Below the pieces are notes generated by a model. That model was not told where the DNA came from, did not search any database, and saw nothing but the letters and a program-made list of their open reading frames with translations. The translations under genes and the position numbers were made by a program. A stretch of DNA of 64,000 nt from an uncultured Alphaproteobacteria bacterium (GTDB taxonomy: Bacteria > Pseudomonadota > Alphaproteobacteria > Rhodobacterales > Rhodobacteraceae): NCBI GenBank assembly GCA_963737485.1, contig CAVTSR010000014.1, positions 65,382 to 129,381 on the forward strand, in the 5' to 3' direction. This document shows, piece after piece, positions 10,205 to 21,322 of this stretch. The stretch's first letter is position 1; each line of letters begins with the position of its first letter.

Positions 10205-10858
10205 ATGAAGAGCGCGATCAAGCCCGACGCCGCGGCGGCGCTGATCCCGGACGGCGCGACGCTGCTGATCGGCGGCTTCATGGGGGTGGGCTCGCCGCAC
10301 CGGCTGATCGACGCGCTGGTCGCCCGCGGCGCGCGCGGCCTGACCGTGGTCGCCAACGACACCGCGATGCCCGGCCGCGGCATCGGCAAGCTCGTCACCG
10401 CCGGCGCGGTCGACCGGCTGATCGCCTCGCACATCGGCCTCAACCCCGAGACGCAGGCGCAGATGATCGCCGGACGGATCGAGGTCGAGCTGGTGCCGCA
10501 GGGCACGCTGGTCGAGCGCATCCGCGCCGCCGGCGTCGGCCTCGGCGGCGTGCTGACCGCCACCGGCCTCGGAACCCCGGTCGAGGAGGGCAAGCCGGTG
10601 ATCGAGATCGACGGCAGGCGCTACCTGCTGGAAAAGCCGATCCGCGGCGACTTCGCGCTGATCGCCGCGCGGCAGGCGGACTACGTCGGCAACCTCCAGT
10701 ACTCGCTTACCGCGCATAACTTCAACCCGATCATGGCGCTCGCCGCCGATACGGTGATCGCCGAGCCCGACCTGATCGTGCCGGTGGGGGTGATCCCGCC
10801 CGACGCCGTCAAGACCCCGGGCGTCCTCGTCGACCACCTGCTGGAGCGGGCGGCGTGA
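10205..10858 (+). CDS. atoD: 3-oxoacid/acetoacetate CoA-transferase subunit A
   Basis: IGGFMGVG, VANDTAMPG, SHIGLNPET, PQGTLVERIRAAG.GLGGVLT.TGLGT. Confidence 0.88.
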   Translation: MKSAIKPDAAAALIPDGATLLIGGFMGVGSPHRLIDALVARGARGLTVVANDTAMPGRGIGKLVTAGAVDRLIASHIGLNPETQAQMIAGRIEVELVPQGTLVERIRAAGVGLGGVLTATGLGTPVEEGKPVIEIDGRRYLLEKPIRGDFALIAARQADYVGNLQYSLTAHNFNPIMALAADTVIAEPDLIVPVGVIPPDAVKTPGVLVDHLLERAA

Positions 10859-11517
10859 GCGCGATGGACCCCAAGGAGATCATCGCCCGCCGGGTCGCGC
10901 GCGAGATCCGGCCCGGGATGCTGGTCAACCTCGGCATCGGCCTGCCGAGCCTCGTCGCGAGCTTCCTTCCGCGCAACTCGGGCGTCTACTTCCAGGCCGA
11001 GAACGGCGTCATCGGCCTCGGCGCCCGCCCGCCCGAGGGGATGGAGGATCCGAACCTCACCGACGCCGGCGGCAGCTTCGTCACCGCCGTCCCCGGCGCC
11101 GCCTCGATCGACAGCGCGATGAGCTTCGGCATCATCCGCGGCGGCCACCTCGACATGACCGTGCTCGGCGGGCTGCAGGTCGACGAGCGCGGCTACCTCG
11201 CGAACTGGATGGTGCCGGGCAAGATGGTCCCCGGCATGGGCGGGGCGATGGATCTCGTCGCCGGCGCCCGCCGGGTGATCGTCGCGATGATCCACGCCGC
11301 CAAGGGCGACCCCAAGATCGTCCCGGCGTGCACGCTCCCCCTCACCGCCGCCCGCCGCGTCAGCCTCGTCGTCACCGAGATGGCGGTGATCGAGCCCACC
11401 GCCGCCGGCCTCGTGCTGCGCGAGCGCGCCCCCGGCGTCAGCCTCGACGCCATCCGGGCCGCGACCGCCGCCCGCCTGATCGTCGAAGCCGAGGTGCCGG
11501 AGATGACGCTCGCCTGA
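10855..11517 (+). CDS. atoA: 3-oxoacid/acetoacetate CoA-transferase subunit B
   Basis: VNLGIGLP, QAENG (catalytic Glu), RGGHLDMTVLGGLQVD, GMGGAMDLV. Confidence 0.88.
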   Translation: MSAMDPKEIIARRVAREIRPGMLVNLGIGLPSLVASFLPRNSGVYFQAENGVIGLGARPPEGMEDPNLTDAGGSFVTAVPGAASIDSAMSFGIIRGGHLDMTVLGGLQVDERGYLANWMVPGKMVPGMGGAMDLVAGARRVIVAMIHAAKGDPKIVPACTLPLTAARRVSLVVTEMAVIEPTAAGLVLRERAPGVSLDAIRAATAARLIVEAEVPEMTLA

Positions 11518-11868
11518 CGCCCGCGCCACTTCGGAAAGGCCCGCCCCGCCGCTCTCCGCCGCACGCGACGCTCCCGCTCACCGGCGCCCGCCGGGTGATC
11601 GTCGCGATGATCCACGCCGCCAGGGGCGACCGCAAGATCGTCCCCGAATGCACGCTCCCGCTCACCGCCGCCCGCCGCGTCAGCCTCGTCGTCACCGAGA
11701 TGGCTTTGATCGAGCCCACCGCCGCCGGCCTGGTGCTGCGCGAGCGCGGCCCCGGCGTCAGCCTCGACGCCATCCGGGCGGCGACAGCCGCCCACCCTGA
11801 TCGTCGAAGCCGAGGTGCCGGAGATGACGCTCGCCTGAACGCCCGCGCCACCACGGAAAGACCCGCCC
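11261..11868 (+). repeat. Diverged tandem duplication (period 320 bp) of the 3' end of the CoA-transferase B gene plus downstream DNA
   Basis: 11261-11547 is repeated at 11581-11868 with several substitutions and small indels. Confidence 0.9.
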
Positions 11869-11936
11869 ACCCCCGCCCCCCGCCGCGCGCGCGCCCGCTC
11901 CCATCGGTCTCCCCTTCTCTTCACCTCTCCCCCTCT

Positions 11937-12040
11937 CCCTATCGGGCAGGTTCCCCCCGCCCAAGCCTGGGCGGGGGGAAGGGGGGGTGGGTTGGCGCGC
12001 GCCAACAGGCGCGCAGGGCCCCCGCGCGCAGCGCGGGGAG
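11937..12040. repeat. REP-like GC-rich palindromic element
   Basis: CCCTATCGGGCAG, then a perfect 13-bp stem TTCCCCCCGCCCA-agcc-TGGGCGGGGGGAA (11951-11980) and GCGCGCC-aaca-GGCGCGC. The same 13-mer occurs at about 22316 and 22541. Confidence 0.6.
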
Positions 12041-12277
12041 AACAACTCCGGAGCGCAAAGGCGCTCCGACGCTCCCCCCGAAGCCCCGCGCGACCGCCCC
12101 CCGACCCGACCCCGCGCCCGCCCGCCGCGCCGGTCGGCGCCCACCCCGCTTCTCTCCCGCAATCAACCACTTGCCCCGGCCCGCCCGCCCGCGCCGTCCG
12201 GCCTGCCGACCGGCCTTGCTTCCTCCCCGGCGGATCGCCTAAACCGGCGCGGTCCACCCCCCGGGAGACCCCTTCGC

Positions 12278-13620
12278 ATGCGCCTCACCAAGTACTTCCT
12301 GCCGGTCCTGCGCGAGACGCCGGCCGAGGCGCAGATCGCGAGCCACCGGCTGATGCTGCGCGCCGGGATGATCCGCCAGGCCGCCGCCGGGATCTACTCG
12401 TGGCTCCCGCTCGGCTACCGGGTGCTCGCCCGCATCGAGCGGATCGTGCACGAGGAGCAGCAGCGCGCCGGCCACATCCCGCTGCTGATGCCGACGCTGC
12501 AGTCGGCCGACCTCTGGCGCGAGAGCGGCCGCTACGACGACTACGGCGCCGAGATGCTGCGCATCAAGGACCGCCACCAGCGCGACATGCTCTACGGGCC
12601 CACCAACGAGGAGCTCATCACCGACATCTTCCGCTCGGCGGTCACCTCCTACAAGGATCTGCCCCTCACCCTCTACCACATCCAGTGGAAGTTCCGCGAC
12701 GAGGTCCGCCCCCGCTTCGGGGTGATGCGCGGCCGCGAGTTCCTGATGAAGGACGGCTACAACTTCGACCTCACCGTCGAGGACGCGATCCACGCCTACA
12801 ACCGCCACATGGTGAGCTACATCCGCACCTACGAGCGCATGGGGCTGAAGGCGATCCCGATGAAGGCCGACACCGGCCCGATCGGCGGCGACCACTCCCA
12901 CGAGTTCCTCGTCCTCGCCCCGACCGGCGAGAGTGCGGTCTACTACGACCGCGCCGTCACCGACCTCACCCTCGGCGACCGCGCCGTCGACTTCGCCGAC
13001 AAGGCCGCGGTCAGCGAGATCGTCGAGACCTGGACCGCGCCTTACGCCCGCACCGACGAGCGCCACGACGCGCAAGCCTTCGCCGAGGTCCCCGAGGAGC
13101 GGCGCGTCGAGGGCCGCGGCATCGAGGTCGGCCAGATCTTCTTCTTCGGCACCAAGTACTCCGCGCCGATGAAGGCCGCTCGTCGTCAACGAGGCCGGCG
13201 AGCGGGTGCCGGTGCAGATGGGCTCGCACGGCATCGGCGTCATCCGCCTCGTCGGCGCGATCATCGAGGCGAGCCACGACGAGAAGGGCATCGTCTGGCC
13301 CGAGGGGGTGACGCCGTTCCACGCCGGCATCGTCAACCTCCGCCAGGGCGACGCCGCCGTCGACGCCGCCTGTGCGCTCGCTCTACGCCGCCCTCGAGGC
13401 CGCCGGCCTCGACCCGCTCTACGACGACCGCGACGAGCGCGCCGGCGCCAAGTTCGCCACCATGGACCTGATCGGCCTGCCGTGGCGGATCACCGTCGGC
13501 CCGCGCGGCCTCGCCGCCGGCAAGGTCGAGCTCACCCGCCGCCGCACCGGCGAGAGCGAGGAGCTGACCCCCGACGCCGCCGTCGCGCGTCTCCGCGAGA
13601 TCTACGCCGCGATCCGCTGA
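12278..13620 (+). CDS. proS: Proline--tRNA ligase, short alphaproteobacterial type (frameshifts at about 13180 and 13375)
   Basis: [89 protein letters not shown]. Confidence 0.96.
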
Positions 13621-13669
13621 GCCGCGGCGCGCCCGCAGGTTCGCGCCCCGCGGGTCCGCGCCCGAAAGC

Positions 13670-14734
13670 TCAGCGATGCGCCTCCGCGAGCATCTCGCGG
13701 GTGCGCGCGACCGAATCGTCGAGGATCTTCAGCTCCCGCGCGCTCAGCGGCGGCGGCTCGCGGTTGAGCCCGGCCGCGAGGTCGGCATCCACCCGGATCG
13801 TCGCCGCCATCGGAAAATGGTCCGACCCGACATGGCCGCGGCGCTCGATGGCGACGACGGCGATGTCCGGGGTCACGAAGAGCTGGTCGATCGGGAAGCG
13901 CAGGAAGCGCCGCTTCGCATCGAAGCTCGCGTAGAACCCGCGGCCGACCCGCGGATCGAGGTAGCGCCCCGCGTGCTTGAAGGTCCGCGACGTGTCCGAC
14001 CAGGCGACGTCGTTGAAATCGCCCATCACCACGAGCGGCACGCCGGACTTGGCGGCGAACCGCGCGGCATAGTGGATCTGGGCGTCGCGCTGCCGCGTGC
14101 TCTGTCCCGGCACCGGCGGGCGGGGGTGCAGCCCGACGAAGCGGAAGGCCGTCCCCTGCCGGTCGCGCAGCTCGGCGAAGACCGACGGCGTGTCGCTGGT
14201 GGTCAGCCGCACGATCCGCACCTCGACGACCTCGAGCCGCGTCGCGAAGACCATGCCGTAGTGGTCGTCGCCCGGCTCGCGCAGCACCGTCGGATAGCGC
14301 GCGAGCGCGGGCTCGAGCGCATCGATCCAGGTCTGGTCGGTCTCCATCAGGAGCAGGATGTCGGGATCGAACTCCGCGATGACCGCGAGCAGGAGATCGT
14401 GCCGCCGGTTCTCCATCAGCACGTTGGAGGACAGCACCCTGACCTCGCCCGGACCGTGCGCGGCGAGCTTCATCTCGGACGCGGCCAGCGGCGTGTAGGG
14501 AAAGATCCGCCAGACCTGGTAGCCGCAGGCGACGCCCATCAGCGCCACGATCAGCCACCGACCCGGGCCGGGCACGACCGCCGCCGCGAGCAGCACGAGC
14601 GCCGCGAGGACGGCGATCTGCAGCCGCGGGAAGTCGAGGATCCGGATCCACCAGGCATCCGAGCTCCACATCGGCAGGAACGTCGCCACGAGGATGACGA
14701 GCGCGAGAGCCCAGAGAACGACGGGAATGACCAC
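13670..14734 (-). CDS. Membrane-anchored endonuclease/exonuclease/phosphatase (EEP) family protein
   Basis: N-terminal TM segments, [41 protein letters not shown]. Confidence 0.88.
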   Translation of the reverse strand: MVIPVVLWALALVILVATFLPMWSSDAWWIRILDFPRLQIAVLAALVLLAAAVVPGPGRWLIVALMGVACGYQVWRIFPYTPLAASEMKLAAHGPGEVRVLSSNVLMENRRHDLLLAVIAEFDPDILLLMETDQTWIDALEPALARYPTVLREPGDDHYGMVFATRLEVVEVRIVRLTTSDTPSVFAELRDRQGTAFRFVGLHPRPPVPGQSTRQRDAQIHYAARFAAKSGVPLVVMGDFNDVAWSDTSRTFKHAGRYLDPRVGRGFYASFDAKRRFLRFPIDQLFVTPDIAVVAIERRGHVGSDHFPMAATIRVDADLAAGLNREPPPLSARELKILDDSVARTREMLAEAHR

Positions 14735-14939
14735 GGGGCTCCGAATAGCATCGGCCGCCTTCTCCAGCAACCGCCTCGCCCGGCGCACCGCGCGCCGGTG
14801 CGAGCCCGCCGTCGCCGACCCCGCAGGCAGCGCCACCTTCCGGCCTCCGCAGCTCTGCCTTCCGATTGGCGATCACATACTCGGCAAAGCGGGTCCGCCG
14901 AGCCCGCCTTGCGGCGGCACCGACAAGAACACGAGGCTT

Positions 14940-15180
14940 GAGTGCAAGTCGCACCGCCCCGGCCTCACCAGTCCGGCGACCGCGCGGCGTGTGGAGGATC
15001 AAACTTGATGGCAAACATCATGTTCCTTATGAAACACAATGCGCTGCCATGAGGGTGGCAGCAGATGCCGCTCACAAGCACGGTCAAAATGACGCACAAT
15101 CTTAGTTCAGGGGACCGATAGCAGGTTCAGGACCGAGTAGACTTAGGGTCACGACCTACCCGCCTCGGCGGGTTCATCGT
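14940..15180 (+). pseudogene. Decayed DUF2188-like small protein
   Basis: WRIKLDGKHHVPYETQCAAMRVAADAAHKHGQNDAQ, then after a 1-nt loss ILVQGTDSRFRTE*T*GHD and after another shift YPPR. This matches the DUF2188 ending (...YG.DPYPP) from memory, with two in-frame TAG codons. Confidence 0.6.
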
Positions 15181-15361
15181 CACCCGTCTTATAGTCGCCA
15201 AACTTGGCCCCATCCTTCACTTTGTGAGGATGGCGCTTCATCTGCAGGAGGTTCCGTACGGTGTCCTCGAACTTGTCGTCGCCGATCGCATCCTCCGATC
15301 CGCTTGCTGGCCCAAAGTAAAGGTCGCGGGCAAAACGCCACCTTGCTGATCTTGAAGGCTG

Positions 15362-16108
15362 TTGGGCAACTTCATCGAAGGCGGTGCGTACGAACTGACC
15401 GCCGAGGAATATCCTGGCGCTGGTGAAACTGTCTATCGCGTCCGCATACATCAACTGATCCCAACTGAGATCAGCATCGTTGCCGGAGATGCAGTTCACA
15501 ATCTCCGATCGGCCCTCGACCAACTCGTTTGTGGCCTTGTTCGCGCCAACAGGAAACAAGTGCGAAACAAGAACGGGTTTCCCATTGCAGGCACGGCGCA
15601 AGGCTTCGAACTGGCTTGTACCGGTAAGCTCAATGGCGTGTCGTCCAAGGCGGACGAGTTTATTCGAAGCCTGAAGCCTTACAACGGAGGGAACAACAAG
15701 CTCTGGCTCCTTAACGAGTTGGACATCATGGACAAACACAACGCCATCGTCCCCGTAGCAGCCGGGCAGGCCAATATGGCCTTCCAGATCGGCCTCGGCG
15801 GCGTGTTCGAAACCCCAGAAGGGCACGTTACCATCGGCGGTGGCCCCGCTGGTTCTCGTCCCCTTGGCTTCGGTGAGGAATTCGGCATCCCCGACGACGC
15901 AAAAGTCGTCGAGCTTTTGGAGGATGGCTGTGAACTCTACCGCTCTCGGCTGCGCTACCTTGGCTTTAACGTGAATGCACAGATGTCCATTAAGGTAATG
16001 CTCGGCAAAACTCGTACGACCGACGCAGAGCCCCTCATTGAGACGCTGCATAGCCTCATCGACTTCGTTGAGGGCACCGTCGATATCGTGGAAAGACGCA
16101 TCCTCTAG
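15362..16108 (+). CDS. Hypothetical protein in an AT-richer insert (possibly HEPN-like)
   Basis: 248-aa ORF with atypical codon usage; GDAVHNLRSALDQL and LWLLNELDIMDKH motifs. The N-terminus probably extends to about 15290 across frameshifts (RAKRHLADLE in another frame). Confidence 0.7.
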   Translation: MGNFIEGGAYELTAEEYPGAGETVYRVRIHQLIPTEISIVAGDAVHNLRSALDQLVCGLVRANRKQVRNKNGFPIAGTAQGFELACTGKLNGVSSKADEFIRSLKPYNGGNNKLWLLNELDIMDKHNAIVPVAAGQANMAFQIGLGGVFETPEGHVTIGGGPAGSRPLGFGEEFGIPDDAKVVELLEDGCELYRSRLRYLGFNVNAQMSIKVMLGKTRTTDAEPLIETLHSLIDFVEGTVDIVERRIL

Positions 16109-16140
16109 CGTACCGGCCTGTCGCGACTCATTGCAACCCG

Positions 16141-16410
16141 CTAGCGGAACCGCCGACAAACATACCGGAGCGCAACGAGGTTGACCGCCATTCCGGCGGC
16201 GATCAGTGCCATGCCGGCGGCGACTCCGATCTCGCCGGAGCCGAGCCACAGCGAGAGCAAGCTCCACGGCAGGCCGAGGACCACCGCGTAGAGCGCCACG
16301 AACGGGTTCGGCGCGAGGAGCCCGGCGCCGGTGGCGGGGACCAGACCCAGCGCCAGCAGGCAGGCGACGAGATAGAGCCAGCCCACCGCCAGGCAGATCC
16401 GTCGTATCAT
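16141..16410 (-). CDS. Small membrane protein (89 aa, about 3 TM)
   Basis: MIRRICLAVGWLYLVACLLALGLVP...VVLGLPWSLL...; hydrophobic throughout. Confidence 0.65.
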   Translation of the reverse strand: MIRRICLAVGWLYLVACLLALGLVPATGAGLLAPNPFVALYAVVLGLPWSLLSLWLGSGEIGVAAGMALIAAGMAVNLVALRYVCRRFR

Positions 16411-16565
16411 CGCGTCACCCGACCGGCTTTTCCCAACCCTCCGCCGCGACCCTAGCGGAAGCCACCGCCCCGGTGCAAACGGCTGCCGCAGGCCGCGGGA
16501 TTGTGGCTTGACCTCGCTGGCCGCCGCCACCACGGTCCGCCCGCCTGTCACCGCCGGGATCGAAC

Positions 16566-17845
16566 GTGTCGTCCAGCCCCCCACCTTTCGCGGCGTTCGA
16601 ATGGACGATCGCCTTCCGCTACCTGCGGGCGCGCCGCAAGGAGGGCGGGATCTCGGTCATCGCCTGGTACGCGCTGATCGGGGTGCTGCTCGGGGTCGCG
16701 ACGCTGATCATCGTGCAGGCGGTGATGATCGGCTTCCGCGAGGAGTTCACCGCCCGCATCCTCGGCGCCAACGCCCACCTCACCGTCTACACCACCACCA
16801 CGGCGGACGCGAACGGCAACCCCGGCCGGCTGATCCAGGACTACGACGCCGTGACCGCGCGGATCGCCGCGGTGCCGGGGGTGACGAGCGCCGCGCCGCT
16901 CATCCGCGGGCAGGTGATGGTCTCGGCGCACGGCCGCGCCTCCGGGGTCGAGGTCCTCGGCATGCGGCTCGCCGACCTTCGAGAAGGTGCCGCTCGTCGC
17001 CCACCCCGAGACCGGCTTCGGCAACCTCGCCGACCTCGGCCAGGGCATCGCCATCGGCACCGGCGTCGCGCGCGACCTCGGCGTCGGCGTCGGCGACACC
17101 GTCACGCTGATCTCGCCCGAAGGCATGGACACCCCCTTCGGCACCCAGCCGCGGGTCAACGACTACAAGGTCGTCTACGTCTTCGGCATCGGCCGCTACG
17201 ACATCGACAAGACCCGCGTCTACATGCCCTTCGCCGAGGCGCAGAGCTTCTTCGACCGCGAGGGCGGCGCCGACGAGATCGAGGTGATGCTCGCCAACCC
17301 CGACCGCGTCGAGGCGATCGAGCCCGCGATCGCCGCCGCCGCCGGCGACGGCGCGCTGCTCTGGAGCTGGCGCGACGCCTCCGGCGCCTTCCTGCAGGCG
17401 CTCGACGTCGAGCGCCGCGTCATGTTCATCATCCTCTCGATGGTCGTGCTCATCGCCGCGCTCAACATCATCTCGGGCCTGGTGATGCTGGTGAAGAACA
17501 AGGGCCGCGACATCGGCATCCTGCGCACCATGGGGCTGACGCAGGGCTCGATCATGCGCATCTTCTTTCTCTGCGGCTCGCTGATCGGCGTCGTCGGCAC
17601 CCTCCTCGGCGTCGTCATCGGCTGCCTCTTCGTCTTCTTCATCCACGACATCCAGGCGGTGGTCGAATGGTTCGCCGGCGGCTCGATCTGGAACCCCGAG
17701 GTGCGCTACCTCACCGAGATCCCCGCGCGCCTGCGCGCCGGCGACGTGCTCGCGGTCACCGGCGTCGCGCTCGCGCTCTCGTTCCTCATCACCCTCGTCC
17801 CGGCCCGCAACGCCGCGCGGCTCGATCCGGTCGAGGCGCTGCGCT

Positions 17846-17853
<8 letters not shown>
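16566..17853 (+). CDS. lolE: Lipoprotein-releasing ABC transporter permease LolC/E (frameshift at about 16980)
   Basis: [38 protein letters not shown]-like segment, [19 protein letters not shown]. Confidence 0.93.
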
Positions 17854-18529
<676 letters not shown>

Positions 18530-18539
18530 CCCCCGCGCC

Positions 18540-18788
18540 TCAGCGCGGCAGCACGCTCAGCAGCGGCTGCAGATCGATGAGGCGCGCCTCGATCCGGTCG
18601 TAGGCCGCGTGCGCGGCCTCGGCGTTGTCGTGCGACACCTCCTCGAACTCCTGGTTGATCAACTCGAGCACGTCGCCGACCTCGTCGTCCTCGAAGTCCT
18701 CGCGCGCGGCGAGCTGCGCCCGCGCCGCATCGATCTTGCCCTGCAGGCCCGCGAGCCGCTGGTCGAGCGCAGCCGGATTGTCCGCCAT
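18540..18788 (-). CDS. Small acidic helical hypothetical protein (82 aa)
   Basis: AGGAG SD (complement ctcct) before MADNPAALDQRLAGLQGKIDAAR...; GC3-rich coding pattern. Confidence 0.7.
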   Translation of the reverse strand: MADNPAALDQRLAGLQGKIDAARAQLAAREDFEDDEVGDVLELINQEFEEVSHDNAEAAHAAYDRIEARLIDLQPLLSVLPR

Positions 18789-19032
18789 CACTTGCCTCCT
18801 TGGGCGTGCCGCCCTTCCATTCCGGTCTCGCAACATGGTGCGGAACGGCCCGGCCGTCGAGGGGCGAAGGCGCGGGAACCGGCGCCCCCGTGGATGGCAG
18901 ATTGCGCGTTGCCGTGCCGGTTTCTTTGGGCATAAACTCGGGTCCGGCCGGGGCAATGGTCGCTGCGCGAACCCGCCGGGCCCGCTCGCGGGCATCTCGA
19001 AAAGACCGCCGCAGCGATGGGGAGGAATCTCG

Positions 19033-20341
19033 ATGCTAAGATCGGTTCGACTAGGCATGCTCGCCAGCACCATGCTCGCGGGCATGGCCGCGAGCGCGCT
19101 CGCGCAGGGGCTGGTGACCGCGGACCACGTCGGCAAGACCGACGCGCCGAACACGCTGACCATGCGGATGAACCCCAGCCAGTCGCCGGGCAACAACCCG
19201 CTCAAGGAGATCGGCGCGAAGTACGCCGCCGCCTGGGAGAAGTGGGCCGAGGCGCATCCCGACTGGCAGGTCAACATGGAGTACTTCAGCCAGGACATCG
19301 GTGCCGAGCATGCGCGCCTGCTCGAGCAGGCCCGCGCCGGCCGCGCGCCCGACTGCGTGACCGTCGACAGCTTCCAGCTCGCGCTCTTCGTCAAGAACGG
19401 CGTGCTGCAGCCGCTCGACGAGTACTTCTCCAAGGAGGAGCTCGACGACCTCTTCCCCTTCATCACGCGAAGGCATCACCGGCCCCGACGGCCACATCTA
19501 CGCCTGGTGGTGGGGCACCGACCTGCGCGTCCTCTACTACAACACCGACATCGTGAAGGACGTGCCGCAGACCTGGGACGACCTGCAGAAGACCGCGCTC
19601 GCGGCGTCGAAGACCGGCGTCGACGGCGTCCTCTTCAACGGCGGCCGCTGGGAGGGCACCACCTTCGACTGGCTGGCGAACTTCTGGGCGCAGGGCGGCC
19701 AGCTGGTCGACGCCGAGGGCAAGCCGATCTTCGGCGAGGGCGAGAACAAGGAAAAGATGCTGAAGGCCCTGAACTACTTCAAGGGCCTGGTCGACTCGGG
19801 CGCCGCACCGAAGCGCGTGGCCACGATCAAGACCTACGACGACTTCAACGCCGCCGCCCAGTCCGGCACCACCGCGATGTTCTTCGGCGGCCATTGGCAG
19901 CACTTCCAGCTCCAGGAGATGATGACCCCCGAGGTCTGGGCCAAGTGGAAGATCGCCGAGCTGCCCGGACCGACCGCGGACGAGCGGGCGACCGGCACCG
20001 GCGGCTGGACCGTCGCGTCCCTCTCCAAGGACCCCGAGAAGACCAAGGCCTGCGCCTCGCTGATGCGCGAGGTCTACATGGGCCCGGCGAACGAGGCCGG
20101 CGGCGACCTTCCGACCCGGCAGTCGCTGTTCGCCAGCCTGCCGAAGTTCCAGGACCCCTACTATGCCCAGCTCAAGGAGTACCTGGTGCACGGCCACGCC
20201 CGGCCGGGCGTGCCGATCTACCCGGAGATCTCGAACCAGATCCAGATCATGATGGGTGAGGTCCTCTCCGGCTCCAAGTCGCCCGAGGACGCGCTCCAGG
20301 GTGCCTGGGACCGGACCATGGCGGCCTACAACAAGGCCTGA
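19033..20341 (+). CDS. Sugar ABC transporter substrate-binding protein (frameshift at about 19470)
   Basis: GGAGG SD, signal peptide, LQPLDEYF, LYYNTDI..DVPQTWDDL, GGWTVA, ARPGVPIYPEIS. Confidence 0.9.
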
Positions 20342-20400
20342 GCACAGGCACGGGCGGGCGGCGCGCATTGCGCCCCCGCCCGCATTTCCCCGGGGGAAGC

Positions 20401-21321
20401 ATGAGCGAGAGGGTTGAGGCGGGCACGGCTCCGGCCGCGCGGCGCGGTCGCACCCGGCTGAGCGAGCGGCCGCTGCTGTGGCTCCTGCCGCTGGCGCTGC
20501 TCTTGCTGGCCACCTACGTCTGGCCGGCGCTCGACGTCATCCGCTACAGCTTCACCAACGCGACCCTGCTCAACCCGGAGTTCGACTATACCCTCTCCAC
20601 CTACCAGTGGCAGATCGCCAACCCCGACCTGCCGGGGATCCTCTGGATCACTCTGCTCTTCGTCGTCTCCAGCGTGGTCCTCCAGCTCACCCTCGGCCTG
20701 CTCGTGGCGCTCGCGCTGCACCGGGGCATGCTGCGCGGCCTGCCCGGCGTCTCCTTCGTCCGGGTGGTGATCCTCTGCTCGTGGATCGTGCCCGGCGTCG
20801 CCTCGGGCATCGTCTGGCAGCTGATGTTCAACGAGGCGAGCTACGGCTTTCTCAACGCGCTCCTCAAGATGATCGGGCTCTCGCCGGTCGCCTGGCTCTC
20901 CGACCCGCAGATCGCCATCTGGTCGGCGGTGATCGCCAACGTCTGGCGCGGCACCGCCTTCAGCATGATCCTGCTCTACGCCGGCCTGCTGGTGATCCCG
21001 CGCAGCCTCTACGAGGCGGCGGCGGTCGACGGGGCGACGGCGCTGAAGCAGCTCTGGTACATCACCCTGCCGCAGCTCCGGCCGATCCTCTTGATCAACA
21101 CCATCCTGATCTCGATCTTCACCCTCAACAGCTTCGACCTGATCCTGCCGCTCACCGGCGGCGGCCCGGGCCGGGCGACCGAGGTGCTGGCGCTCTACGC
21201 CTACAACACCATCTTCCGCAACTTCGACCTCTCGAACGGCGCGGTGCTGGCGGTGCTCCTGCTGCTGATCAGCCTCGTCTTCACCTTCTTCTACGTCCGC
21301 CTGCTGCCGAAGGAGGGATGA
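20401..21321 (+). CDS. Sugar ABC transporter permease
   Basis: EAA loop IPRSLYEAAAVDGA..LKQLWYITLPQLRP; TGGGPGRATEVL. Confidence 0.93.
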   Translation: MSERVEAGTAPAARRGRTRLSERPLLWLLPLALLLLATYVWPALDVIRYSFTNATLLNPEFDYTLSTYQWQIANPDLPGILWITLLFVVSSVVLQLTLGLLVALALHRGMLRGLPGVSFVRVVILCSWIVPGVASGIVWQLMFNEASYGFLNALLKMIGLSPVAWLSDPQIAIWSAVIANVWRGTAFSMILLYAGLLVIPRSLYEAAAVDGATALKQLWYITLPQLRPILLINTILISIFTLNSFDLILPLTGGGPGRATEVLALYAYNTIFRNFDLSNGAVLAVLLLLISLVFTFFYVRLLPKEG

Positions 21322-21322
21322 G

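Noticed and set aside
12278-13620. proS as a pseudogene or programmed frameshift
   Set aside because: It is an essential gene with all motifs present and no slippery signal recognised; indels are common across the window.
15149-16267. 372-aa minus-strand ORF
   Set aside because: It is antisense to the 15362-16108 gene, which has protein-like conserved motifs, and it shows no recognisable motif itself. It cannot be fully excluded without expression data.
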